From NCBI GenBank assembly GCA_031422955.1, contig JANPEN010000048.1:1-43789 (forward strand): DNA of 43,789 bases. The letters are read 5' to 3'. Source of the stretch: Acidimicrobiia bacterium. Lineage in GTDB: Bacteria; Actinomycetota; Acidimicrobiia; Acidimicrobiales; CAIXPF01. A model generated the notes under the pieces. That model was not told the DNA's origin. It saw only the letters and a list, made by a program, of their open reading frames with translations, and did not search any database. The translations under genes were made by a program, and so were the position numbers. Shown here piece after piece: positions 8,456 to 16,933 of this stretch (the first letter of the stretch is position 1; each line of letters opens with the position of its first letter).

Positions 8456-8910
8456 TGCACCCCACGGTAGAGGAACAGCTCCGGGCTTTGCGTGGGGTGG
8501 TCGAACACGTCGCCGGCGAGGCAGGGCTGAGTACAGCCGGAGTGCAGATGCTGTCAAATGTAACACTCCAGTTGCGTCGACTAGAGCATTCCTACGGTGC
8601 TCGTCTGGAATTCTTGTTACAAGACAACCTGGCCAGCGCCGCCCTCCTGGAGCAGCTCGAAGGCACCTGGGCGGAGCTGTCCCAGACCGTCATGGGCGAG
8701 GGCGGCGCCTCGACGGCCCCGTCCGAAGATCAAGCCCACCAAACCAACAAGGCGTTGCGGGGCCTGTTGGCCCGGGCCGTGCGCGAGCTGGCCGACGATG
8801 ACGGGGGGGACGCCGCCCGAGCCCGTATCGCCGCCCACCTGCGGCGTCGAGTGGCCCTCGACCCCTCCCTCAACCGCCCCCGAACAGCCATGCCCAACCC
8901 AGAACCGTGA
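8455..8910 (+). CDS. Small helical partner protein of kinase copy 1 (LvaB / DUF6285-like, tentative)
   Basis: The start ATG overlaps the kinase stop (TGATG at 8452-8457). 151 aa, helix-rich and Leu/Arg/Ala-rich. A similar-sized protein occupies the same position after kinase copy 2. Confidence 0.6.
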   Translation: MHPTVEEQLRALRGVVEHVAGEAGLSTAGVQMLSNVTLQLRRLEHSYGARLEFLLQDNLASAALLEQLEGTWAELSQTVMGEGGASTAPSEDQAHQTNKALRGLLARAVRELADDDGGDAARARIAAHLRRRVALDPSLNRPRTAMPNPEP

Positions 8911-8923
8911 AGCCTGATTCGCA

Positions 8924-10120
8924 ATGAATGAGCCTATGAATGAGCCAATAATGCCCAACCACGCCAATGATGCCGCGAATGCCGTGCCCACCCCTCGGCT
9001 GACCATCAGCGATGAGCATTTCGCCGAGCAGTTCCCGCTTTCTCCCTTGGATGATTATCTGATCCACCAGACTCCCGATCCCATTCGCGTCATGTGGAGC
9101 GGCGACCCGCGCGCCTACGAAAGATACTGGATGGTATGTCACGATCCGCAGGGGGAGGTGCTGGTGGCCACCGGGGGGAGCTTCTACCCCAACCTCGATC
9201 GGGCCGAGGCCTACGCCATCGTCAACCATCAGGGTCGTCACAGCACCGTGCGGGGCTTCCGCCGCTTGGGGGCGGACCGGGCTGATCTGCGTATCGGGCC
9301 CATCTCCCCCACCATCATCGAGGGTATGCGCTGGTGGCGCTATGCGCTGGAACCCAATCAGTGGGGGGTCAGCTTTCAGCTCGACTTCCGCGACACAACC
9401 CGCCAGGTGTTCCGAGAGCCGCTCTCCAACTCGGCGGGGGGAAGCCCCGCCGGGCGACGAAACGATGTCACCACCGGCTTCGAGAGCTTCGGTGAGGTCC
9501 AGGGCTGGGTCCAGGTGGACGGTACCCGAATCGAAATCCCTGCCGGTTCCCCTGGCACCAGGGACCGCCACTGGGGGGTCGGTCGGGGGGTCGGGGGTCC
9601 TCCCCTTTCCCTGGGTGGGCGCCTGCACGTGGGGGTATCGGGCAACGCCTTTGTGGCCTTTCCCAGTTGGACCCTGTGGGGGGACAGGGTCTTCTATCGC
9701 TACGGCGATCCCACTCCCGGCATGGGTCGGGTCAACAAACCCACCCGGCGCCTGCGTTTCGAGCCCGACACCAAGATCTTCGTGGAAGGCATCGTGGACT
9801 ACCCCCTCGAGTCGGGCGAGATCAAACAGGTGCACTATGAACGCATCGGCTACCAAACCGCCTACCTACGCTGCGGTATGTATGGCGGTACGCCGGAAGG
9901 GAACATCCATTCAGGCGGTTACGACGGCCCGGACCTCATCGAAGGCGAGACCTACGACGTGACCAAGCCCGAGGTGCGCGCCGCCATCGCTGGCTTGGAT
10001 GAGCACCTGTGTCGGGCCACCTGCAACGGTGAGGTCGCCACCGGTCTCTACCAGCCCATCGACCCCGCCGCCTACGAAGCCTGCGCGGCCGGCCGGCCCG
10101 GCTGGGCCTTCCTCACCTGA
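8924..10120 (+). CDS. Uncharacterised conserved-looking protein (398 aa), beta-rich
   Basis: High GC3 throughout. Gaps of 13 nt and 14 nt separate it from the flanking genes. Motifs seen: PLDDYLIHQTPDP, YERYWMVCHDPQGE, GTRDRHWGVGRG. Three in-frame ATGs (8924, 8936, 8951) arise from a 12-nt tandem duplication encoding MNEP-MNEP. Confidence 0.7.
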   Translation: MNEPMNEPIMPNHANDAANAVPTPRLTISDEHFAEQFPLSPLDDYLIHQTPDPIRVMWSGDPRAYERYWMVCHDPQGEVLVATGGSFYPNLDRAEAYAIVNHQGRHSTVRGFRRLGADRADLRIGPISPTIIEGMRWWRYALEPNQWGVSFQLDFRDTTRQVFREPLSNSAGGSPAGRRNDVTTGFESFGEVQGWVQVDGTRIEIPAGSPGTRDRHWGVGRGVGGPPLSLGGRLHVGVSGNAFVAFPSWTLWGDRVFYRYGDPTPGMGRVNKPTRRLRFEPDTKIFVEGIVDYPLESGEIKQVHYERIGYQTAYLRCGMYGGTPEGNIHSGGYDGPDLIEGETYDVTKPEVRAAIAGLDEHLCRATCNGEVATGLYQPIDPAAYEACAAGRPGWAFLT

Positions 10121-10134
10121 ATGGTGGACCCCCG

Positions 10135-11139
10135 GTGAGCCCGCCCGCCGCCCCGGCCCCTGGCCCCGCCCCCCCACAGCAGCAGCGGCTGGAAGCCTTC
10201 CTCACCGACGCGGTGGGGGAGCGGGTCGCGGTCACCGAGCTGCAACGGATCTCCTCGGTGGGTAACGCCCGAGAGCCGTGGTCCTTCACCGCCACCTGGG
10301 CCGGCCAGCGGACCCGTTGCGTGATGTTGGTCAAGGCCGCCGCCGGCCAGCTGGAGACAACGCTGCGCCCGGAGTTCGACACCATCGCCGCCCTGCACGG
10401 CCGGGGGGTGCCGGTGGCCAGGGCGCTGTGGTGTGATGACACCGACGCCGGCATCGGCGCCGCCTTCTTCGTGACTGAGTGGGTGCCAGGGAGCGCCGAC
10501 ACCCGGCTGCTGCGCCGCGCCGAGGGGGTGGACCAGATTCGGGCGGTTGCCCGGCAACTGGCCCAGGCGGCGGCCCGCCTGCACCAGCTCGACGTTGGCC
10601 CCTTCGGGCACCTGAACCCGACCACCACCACCGAGGCGGCCGCCACTCAGCTGGGTTACTGGGCGGAGTTGTTCCAGCGCCAGCGCATGGAGGCCCATCC
10701 CGCCCTCGTGTACGCGGTGACCTGGTTGCAACGACATCTGCCGCGGGCCCAGCGGGTGTCGGTGGTGCACGGGGATCTTCGCTTCGGCAACGTGCTCTAC
10801 GACGGGGACCGTCTGACCGCCCTGCTGGATTGGGAGATGACCCATCTCGGGGATCCGGTCGAAGATCTGGGTTGGGTCTATCGCAGTTTGTGGAGCCCGG
10901 AACGGACGCTGCCCTTCAGTGAGTTCCTGGCTGCCTACCGCGACGCCGGGGGAGGCGAAGTGGATCCTCAGCACCTGCGGTGGTATCAGGTGTTCGCCGA
11001 GGTCAAGCACAGTGTGATCTCCCTCACCGGCACCCGGAGCTTCGCCGAGCGAACCACCACCAGCCTGCGCCACGCCGATCGGGCCGCCACCGTGGTCGCC
11101 TTCACCGACCGAGTGCTGGAGTTGCTGGCCCCATGCTGA
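10135..11139 (+). CDS. Phosphotransferase (APH/ChoK-fold kinase) family protein, copy 2
   Basis: VHGDLRFGNVLYD and LLDWEMTHLGDPVEDLGW. It is clearly paralogous to 7454..8455. GTG start at 10135. Confidence 0.85.
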   Translation: MSPPAAPAPGPAPPQQQRLEAFLTDAVGERVAVTELQRISSVGNAREPWSFTATWAGQRTRCVMLVKAAAGQLETTLRPEFDTIAALHGRGVPVARALWCDDTDAGIGAAFFVTEWVPGSADTRLLRRAEGVDQIRAVARQLAQAAARLHQLDVGPFGHLNPTTTTEAAATQLGYWAELFQRQRMEAHPALVYAVTWLQRHLPRAQRVSVVHGDLRFGNVLYDGDRLTALLDWEMTHLGDPVEDLGWVYRSLWSPERTLPFSEFLAAYRDAGGGEVDPQHLRWYQVFAEVKHSVISLTGTRSFAERTTTSLRHADRAATVVAFTDRVLELLAPC

Positions 11140-11597
11140 ACCCTTCGGTGATCGATCTGCTGGTCGGCGTGGCCGATGCCCTGCATGCGGATGTGACCCC
11201 GGAGCTGGCCCCCGGGCCCGCCCGCGACCAACTCCAAGCGGCGGTGGCCATCTTGCGCAGGGTGGCCAGGGCGCTGCCGCAGCTGCCCGCCTACCTCCTG
11301 GAGGACATCGCCGAGCTGACCGAGACCCTGCGCAATCTGGGCGCGCCGCTACCGCCGCTACCCGACGCGGTGATCGGCCACGGGGCGCTGCCGGCCACCA
11401 TGGTCACCCTGGACGTGCTCATCGCCCACGATCTGGCCCTGCGGGCCGGCCTGGCCGAGCTCATCGAAACCGAGCCATCGTCGGCTACCGCGCCCGACCC
11501 TGAGGAGGCCGCGACACGCCAGGAGAGGCTGCGGCTTGTGTTGGTAGGACTCAACCGGCGCGAGGCGGGGCTGCGGCTGTCGCCATGGGAGCGCTGA
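11133..11597 (+). CDS. Small helical partner protein of kinase copy 2 (LvaB / DUF6285-like, tentative)
   Basis: ATG 11133 overlaps the kinase stop (ATGCTGA at 11133-11139). 154 aa. The N-terminus PSVIDLLVGVADALHADVTPELAPGPARDQLQAAVAILRRVARAL fits the helical pattern I recall for DUF6285-type partners. It is in frame with track ORF 10980..11597. Confidence 0.6.
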   Translation: MLNPSVIDLLVGVADALHADVTPELAPGPARDQLQAAVAILRRVARALPQLPAYLLEDIAELTETLRNLGAPLPPLPDAVIGHGALPATMVTLDVLIAHDLALRAGLAELIETEPSSATAPDPEEAATRQERLRLVLVGLNRREAGLRLSPWER

Positions 11598-11695
11598 TCA
11601 GTCACGCTGCTCAGGGCACTGGCGAGCGTTGAAATCAGCGCGCCGAGCCCCCACGGGCTACCTTGCCAAGCGCAGGTTCGTCACAGGGGGAGCAT

Positions 11696-12574
11696 TTGAA
11701 ATACTTCGCGCCGTCGACAATTGAAGAAGCGGTAGGACTATTGGCATCGGAGCCCGGCACACGTGTGTTCGCGGGCGCCACCGACGTCATCCCGCAGATG
11801 CGGGCCGGCCGGCCTGAACCCGAAGGGCTGGTCGATCTCAAGCGGATCGAGCGTCTGGTCTCGGTGCAACGCAGCGACACGATGTGGACCATCGGGGCGG
11901 CCGCGCCCACCGCCATGCTCACCGCCAACGCCGAGCTGTCCGCCGAGCTACCCGGCTTGGTCGAAGCGGCCGGGCTCATCGGTTCTGACCAGGTGCAGAG
12001 CCGCTCCAGTCTGGGCGGTAACCTCTGCAACGCCTCGCCCGCGGCGGATTCCGTTCCGGCCATGATCGTCAATGGCGCTCGCGCCGTGATCGCCTCGGGG
12101 TCTGGGACCCGCACCGTGGCGGTGGCCGACATCCCCATTGGGCCTGGGCGCACCTCCCTCGCCCCTGGTGAGTTCATCATCGAGATCGAGGTGGACCGCC
12201 CCCCGGCTCGCACCGGAGACGCCTACTTACGCATGATCCCCCGCACCGAGATGGACATCGCGGTGGTCGGCGTCGGCGCCAGGGTCACCCTGGACGAGGC
12301 CGGGCGTTGCCTTTCGGCCGCCATCGTGCTGGGCGCGGTAGCGCCCACCGTGGTGAGGGTCGGCGCCGCCGAAGCCGCCTTGGTCGGCTCCACCATCAAC
12401 GATGAAACCCTGGCCGCGGTGGCCGCCGCCGCCAGCGCCGCCTGCAACCCCATCGACGACAAGCGCGGCACCATTGCCTACCGCCGTCATGTGGCCGGCG
12501 TGCTGGCCAAGCGGGCCGTGACCATTGCCGCCCAGCGCGCTCAGAACGCCTCGAACAGTGGAGAAACCCGATGA
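11696..12574 (+). CDS. Molybdenum hydroxylase FAD-binding medium subunit (CoxM/CutM/XdhB-like)
   Basis: KYFAPSTIEEAVGLL...FAGATDVIPQMRAG and GGNLCNASPAADS motifs. Start placed at TTG 11696, 7 nt after GGGGGAG. The track start is TTG 11663. Confidence 0.85.
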   Translation: MKYFAPSTIEEAVGLLASEPGTRVFAGATDVIPQMRAGRPEPEGLVDLKRIERLVSVQRSDTMWTIGAAAPTAMLTANAELSAELPGLVEAAGLIGSDQVQSRSSLGGNLCNASPAADSVPAMIVNGARAVIASGSGTRTVAVADIPIGPGRTSLAPGEFIIEIEVDRPPARTGDAYLRMIPRTEMDIAVVGVGARVTLDEAGRCLSAAIVLGAVAPTVVRVGAAEAALVGSTINDETLAAVAAAASAACNPIDDKRGTIAYRRHVAGVLAKRAVTIAAQRAQNASNSGETR

Positions 12575-13053
12575 GTCGTACCCATGTGACCTGCACCGTC
12601 AACGGTGACGCGGTCGAGTTTCTGTGCGAGCCGGGCGGTTCGCTGCTCAACGCCCTGCGTGACGACGTCGGGCTGACCGGCGTCAAAGAAGGCTGTGGCA
12701 CGGGTGACTGCGGGGCCTGTTCGATTCTGCTGGACGGGGCCTTGAACTGCGCCTGTCTGGTTTTCGCCCCCGAAGCCCAGGGCGCCTCCATCGTCACCGT
12801 GGAAGGCCTGGCCGACGGGGACCACCTCCACCCCTTGCAGGAATGCTTCTTGGAGGGCGCCGCCCTGCAGTGCGGCATCTGCACCCCTGGCTTCCTGGTG
12901 GCGGCCAAGGCCCTGCTCGACCACAACCCCAACCCCACCGAAACCGAGATTCGCTACGGCCTTGCCGGTAACCTGTGCCGTTGCACCGGCTACGACAAGA
13001 TCGTGCGAGCCGTACGCGAAGCAGCCGCACAGATGAGGGAGGCGACGTCATGA
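12571..13053 (+). CDS. Molybdenum hydroxylase (2Fe-2S)-binding small subunit (CoxS-like)
   Basis: CGTGDCGAC, CGICTPGF and NLCRCTGY cluster motifs. ATGA overlap with the upstream gene. Confidence 0.92.
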   Translation: MSRTHVTCTVNGDAVEFLCEPGGSLLNALRDDVGLTGVKEGCGTGDCGACSILLDGALNCACLVFAPEAQGASIVTVEGLADGDHLHPLQECFLEGAALQCGICTPGFLVAAKALLDHNPNPTETEIRYGLAGNLCRCTGYDKIVRAVREAAAQMREATS

Positions 13054-15305
13054 CCATCGCTGAGGATCCGGCCACCACCGCCCCGGGCTTCAAGTGGGTT
13101 GGGACCCGGCCCATCCGGCCCGACGGTTTCGACAAGGTGACCGGCCGGGCCAAGTTCGGCGCCGACCTGCGCCTGCCCGGCATGCTCCACGGTCACGTTG
13201 TGCGCTCCCCCCACGCCCACGCCACCATCGTGTCCATCGACACCACGGTGGCGGCCTCTATGGCTGGGGTGCACGCGGTGATCACCGGGGCCGATTTCCC
13301 CGACCCCAGCGGCCACCCGACCGACCAGGACCTGGCCCGCAACACCATCGCCAGGGAGAAGGTCCTCTATGAGGGCCATGTGGTGGCCGCCGTCGCTGCT
13401 ACGAGCCGCGAGTTGGCCAAGGCGGCCGCCGAGGCCATCGTGGTCACCTACGAGGCGCTACCCCACGTGCTCAACGTCGACCAGGCCATGGCCCCAGGGG
13501 CGTCGCTGCTGCATCCCACGATGATGACCAAGGGCGTGGATCCTGCGCCCACCGAGCCGTCCAACACGGCCAGCCGCACGGTGTTCCAGGGCGGCGACTT
13601 GGATCTCGGCTTCGCCGAGGCCGACATCATCATCGAACGTGAGTTCACCACCAAGCCCGTCCACCAGGGCTACATCGAACCCCACGCGGCGGTGGCGGAT
13701 ACCACCCCCAACGGGCGCTCGACGGTGTGGTGTTCCTCGCAGGGCCATTTCGCCATGCGCACCATGTCCGCCAAGGTGCTGGGCTGGGAGCCCTCCCAGC
13801 TCAAGGTCATCCCTGCTGAGATCGGCGGCGGTTTCGGCGGCAAGACCACCATCTACCTCGAGCCGTTGGCGGTAGCTCTTTCCCAGAAGGCGGGCCGCCC
13901 GGTCAAGCTGGTCATGAGCCGCGACGAGGTCTTCCGGGCCACCGGTCCTGCTCCAGGCGCCCGGGTAAGGGTCAAGCTGGGGGCCAAGAAAGACGGCACC
14001 ATCACCGCAGGCCAGGTGTGGATGGCCTTCGAGGCCGGTGCCTTCGCCGGCTCTCCGGTAGGGGCCGCCTGCATGACCGCCCTGGCCGCCTACAAGATCA
14101 CCAACTTCCTCATCGAGGGCTTCGACGTGGTGGTCAACAAGCCCAAGGTGGCCGCCTACCGGGCCCCCGGCGCCCCCATCGCCGCCTTCGGGGTGGAGAG
14201 CGTGCTCGATGAGATCGCCCGCAAGCTGGACATCGATCCCATCGAGATCCGTCTGCGCAACGCGGTTGAGGAGGGCTCCCAGGCCACCTACGGGCCCAAG
14301 TTCCCCGTCATCGGATTCATCGAAACCCTCAACGCCATCAAGAACCACCCCAACTACCAGATTCCGCTCGGCCCCAACCAGGGCCGGGGGGTGGCCAGTG
14401 GGTTCTGGTTCAACGCCGGCATGAACTCCTCTGCCACTGTGCACATCAACGAGGACGGGACCGCCATCGTGGTGGTCGGCTCGCCCGACATCGGTGGTAG
14501 CCGGGCCTCTATGGCCCTCATGGCCGCGGAGGAACTCGGAATCGACGTGGCCAAGATCCAACCGGTGGTGGCGGACACTGAAACGGTCGGCTTCAACGAC
14601 GTCACCGGCGGCAGCCGGACCACCCTGGCCACCGGAGCAGCGGTGGTCGACGCCTGTCGCAAGATCGTGGCCGATCTGCGGGCCAGGGCCGCCAAGCAGT
14701 GGGATGTTGCCCTCGACCAGGTCGAATGGGTCGACGGCCAGGCCCAGCAGGTGGACGGCTCCCAGCCGCCGCTTTCGCTGGCCGCCCTGGCCAAGGGCTG
14801 GGCTCGTACCGGCGGCCCCATCTCCGCCAGCGCTGCCCTCAACGCCCGCGGCGTGGGCTCCGCCTTCTCCACCCAGGTGTGCGACCTCGAGGTCGACCCC
14901 GAGACCGGGGTGGTCACCATTTTGCGCTACACCACCGCCCAGGACGCGGGCAGGGCCATTCACCCCAGCTACGTCGAGGGTCAGCTCCAGGGAGGCGTGG
15001 TCCAAGGCATCGGCTGGGCCCTCAACGAGGAGTACATCCACAACGCCAACGGCGTGATGGAGAACCCCAGCTTCTTGGACTACCGCATCCCGGTGGCTTC
15101 GGATCTGCCCATGATCGACACGGTGGTGGTCGAGGTCCCCAACCCCGGCCATCCCTACGGGGTGCGTGGGGTGGGCGAGGTCGGCATCGTGCCGCCGTTG
15201 GCCGCAGTGGCCAACGCGGTGGCCCAGGCCACCGATCGGCGCCTCACCGACCTACCCCTTTCTCCCATCCGCATCCTCGACGCCATCCTCAACAGCGACA
15301 GCTGA
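13050..15305 (+). CDS. Molybdopterin-binding large subunit, xanthine dehydrogenase / aldehyde oxidase family (CoxL-like but not a CO dehydrogenase)
   Basis: ATG 13050 overlaps the small-subunit stop (ATGA). Seen: GRAKFGADLRLPGMLHG, VHQGYIEPH, and an active-site loop KVAAYRAPGAP. About 750 aa. The track ORF 12975 start lies inside the small-subunit gene. Confidence 0.9.
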   Translation: MTIAEDPATTAPGFKWVGTRPIRPDGFDKVTGRAKFGADLRLPGMLHGHVVRSPHAHATIVSIDTTVAASMAGVHAVITGADFPDPSGHPTDQDLARNTIAREKVLYEGHVVAAVAATSRELAKAAAEAIVVTYEALPHVLNVDQAMAPGASLLHPTMMTKGVDPAPTEPSNTASRTVFQGGDLDLGFAEADIIIEREFTTKPVHQGYIEPHAAVADTTPNGRSTVWCSSQGHFAMRTMSAKVLGWEPSQLKVIPAEIGGGFGGKTTIYLEPLAVALSQKAGRPVKLVMSRDEVFRATGPAPGARVRVKLGAKKDGTITAGQVWMAFEAGAFAGSPVGAACMTALAAYKITNFLIEGFDVVVNKPKVAAYRAPGAPIAAFGVESVLDEIARKLDIDPIEIRLRNAVEEGSQATYGPKFPVIGFIETLNAIKNHPNYQIPLGPNQGRGVASGFWFNAGMNSSATVHINEDGTAIVVVGSPDIGGSRASMALMAAEELGIDVAKIQPVVADTETVGFNDVTGGSRTTLATGAAVVDACRKIVADLRARAAKQWDVALDQVEWVDGQAQQVDGSQPPLSLAALAKGWARTGGPISASAALNARGVGSAFSTQVCDLEVDPETGVVTILRYTTAQDAGRAIHPSYVEGQLQGGVVQGIGWALNEEYIHNANGVMENPSFLDYRIPVASDLPMIDTVVVEVPNPGHPYGVRGVGEVGIVPPLAAVANAVAQATDRRLTDLPLSPIRILDAILNSDS

Positions 15306-15324
15306 CGAAGCGACCGCGGAAATA

Positions 15325-15570
15325 ATGGCCAAGGTCCACTTCTCGGCGGGGCTGCGTAGCTTCACCGGTGGTGTGGCGGATCTCGACGTTGAGGCGTCCA
15401 CGGTTCGCCAGTTGATCACAGCATTGGACACTCGGTTCCCGGGCCTCGGCGGCAAGCTGAGCTCGGGGACCAGTGTCGCCATCGACGGCGAGATCATCGC
15501 TGATGCCATGTACGAGCCGCTGCCCGCCGGCGCCGAGGTCCATTTCCTGGAAACCCTCAGCGGCGGCTGA
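15325..15570 (+). CDS. MoaD/ThiS-family ubiquitin-like sulfur-carrier protein (C-terminal Gly-Gly)
   Basis: 81 aa: MAKVHFSAGLRSFTGG...AEVHFLETLSGG-stop. Length, beta-grasp-like pattern and the terminal GG are diagnostic. It starts 19 nt after the large-subunit stop. The track ORF 15166.. is extended upstream artificially. Confidence 0.8.
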   Translation: MAKVHFSAGLRSFTGGVADLDVEASTVRQLITALDTRFPGLGGKLSSGTSVAIDGEIIADAMYEPLPAGAEVHFLETLSGG

Positions 15571-15597
15571 GGGCCCGCCTGCTCGCTAGGCGGGCCC
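15571..15597. terminator. GC-rich hairpin immediately after the MoaD-like stop
   Basis: GGGCCCGCC (15571-15579) / GGCGGGCCC (15589-15597), a perfect 9-bp stem with a 9-nt loop, between convergent genes. Confidence 0.6.
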
Positions 15598-15602
15598 GGT
15601 TC

Positions 15603-15622
15603 CCGCCGGCCCACGCCGGCGG
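15603..15622. terminator. Second hairpin, adjacent to the stop of the minus-strand amidohydrolase
   Basis: CCGCCGGC (15603-15610) / GCCGGCGG (15615-15622), a perfect 8-bp stem with a CCAC loop. It lies 2 nt from the stop at 15625. Confidence 0.55.
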
Positions 15623-15624
15623 CG

Positions 15625-16782
15625 TTAGCGTCGGACCAGGTCCGCCATGTTGTCGTGATAAAAGCGTCGGCGGGCGGGCGGGGCGATGGCGGCGGCGTCG
15701 AGGGAGGCGTTGAACTCGGACAAGGGGTCCCGACCACCTTCGGGGTGGGGCCAGTCCGACGAGAACAGGAACAGTTCCGGGCCGCTCTGCTCGATAAGCC
15801 AGCCGATGTCCTCGAAATGCCACGGCGTGAAGCGGACCTGCCGACGGATGTAGTCGGAGGGGTCCAAGGCGAGCTTGGCCAGCTGCGGTTCGTGGCGCCC
15901 GAAGGCCTTGGCCGCCAGATCCAAGGAACGCAACAGGTTCGGCACCCAGCCCGCCCCGAGTTCGATGACCCCGCAGCGCAACCCGCTGAACTGCTCGAAG
16001 GTGCCGTCGAGAACCATGCAGGCCAGCAGGTTCTCCGCGTCGTGGAACAGGTTGAGGAAGTCTTTGGAGCGCAGGTTCTCGCCGCCGCCGATGAAGTCCT
16101 TGCCGGGGTCGCGACCATTGTTGTGATAGGTCGGGGCCATCTGGTTGCCGCCGTTGCCGCCCAGGTGCAAGACCATAGGCACCCCGGCTTCGGCCAGGCG
16201 AGCCCACACCCCGTCGTAGTCCGGGTGGGTTGGGCTCGTGGTGCGGGGTACCTCATGAGGTACCCACAGCGCGGCTACGCCCAGCTCGAGCGCTTCGTTC
16301 AGGCATGCGATGGCCCGCACGGGGTCCACCAAGGGGAGGTAGCCCACCGCCAGTAAACGCTCGTCGGCCGAGCAGAACTCGGCCATGCCCCGGTTGTGGG
16401 CGGCGGCACCGCCGTAGAGCAAGTCCCAGTCGGTGCTGGTGTTGAACTGGCTGGGGGCGAAGGTGGAGAACACCAGCTGGCCCTGGAAGCCGAGCTGGTT
16501 CAACGCCTGACCCCGTTCGGCGGCGTCCATGGAACCGAAGGCGAAGTAGCCCTTGGGTCCGCCCACCACGTCCGCGGCCAGACGGGCGGTCTCGGCCGGG
16601 TCGGACCGGCGATCCCAACATCGCTGCACCAGCTCGTGGTCGGCCTGGCCCCCGGCCGCGGACAGGTCCAGCTGGCGTAACCGCTGGGCGACCCCGGGCT
16701 CGGCGTAGCCGGCCAGCCAGTCCAACGGCTCCATCAGATGGCTGTCGGCGTCGAGGATGGTCAAGTCATTGGCGTAGGTCAC
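15625..16782 (-). CDS. Amidohydrolase_2 (ACMSD/LigW-type metal-dependent hydrolase/decarboxylase) family protein
   Basis: 385 aa. The N-terminal TILDADSHLMEP motif is typical of this family. GTG start at 16782 is preceded by GGGAGA. TIM-barrel-like His/Asp spacing (VPHEV, VLHLGG, SSDWPHPEG). Confidence 0.75.
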   Translation of the reverse strand: MTYANDLTILDADSHLMEPLDWLAGYAEPGVAQRLRQLDLSAAGGQADHELVQRCWDRRSDPAETARLAADVVGGPKGYFAFGSMDAAERGQALNQLGFQGQLVFSTFAPSQFNTSTDWDLLYGGAAAHNRGMAEFCSADERLLAVGYLPLVDPVRAIACLNEALELGVAALWVPHEVPRTTSPTHPDYDGVWARLAEAGVPMVLHLGGNGGNQMAPTYHNNGRDPGKDFIGGGENLRSKDFLNLFHDAENLLACMVLDGTFEQFSGLRCGVIELGAGWVPNLLRSLDLAAKAFGRHEPQLAKLALDPSDYIRRQVRFTPWHFEDIGWLIEQSGPELFLFSSDWPHPEGGRDPLSEFNASLDAAAIAPPARRRFYHDNMADLVRR

Positions 16783-16933
16783 CGGAATCTCCCAGGGCGT
16801 GAGCGTGGTACGGCCGTCTCGGCTCCAGTCTCGCGCGCCACGGGGGGAGGAGTCGGTTGGTTCAGCCGGTGGCGGAGGAAATCTCGAAGGTGACGTTCAC
16901 CGTGGTCGCGACCGCGACCGCTCGGTAAAGCGG

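Noticed and set aside
11598-11695. Possible Moco riboswitch or terminator upstream of the Mo-hydroxylase genes.
   Set aside because: The spacer is only about 98 nt. It contains just one 5-bp hairpin (AGCCC-CCAC-GGGCT) and none of the extended conserved Moco-motif architecture I would expect.
13458-15152. 564-aa ORF on the minus strand. The same class of long ORFs occurs at 8870-9856, 10072-11073, 19216-20412, 20971-21912, 36701-37888 and 41354-42496.
   Set aside because: These are antisense shadow ORFs of well-supported genes in GC-rich DNA. Their translations are Gly/Arg/Pro/His/Val-rich with no family motifs. The opposite strand carries unmistakable enzyme motifs and high GC3.
11696-15305. 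Aerobic CO dehydrogenase (coxMSL) call.
   Set aside because: The gene order matches. However, the large subunit lacks the form I VAYRCSFR active-site loop (it reads AAYRAPGAP), and no coxD/E/F/G accessory genes are present.
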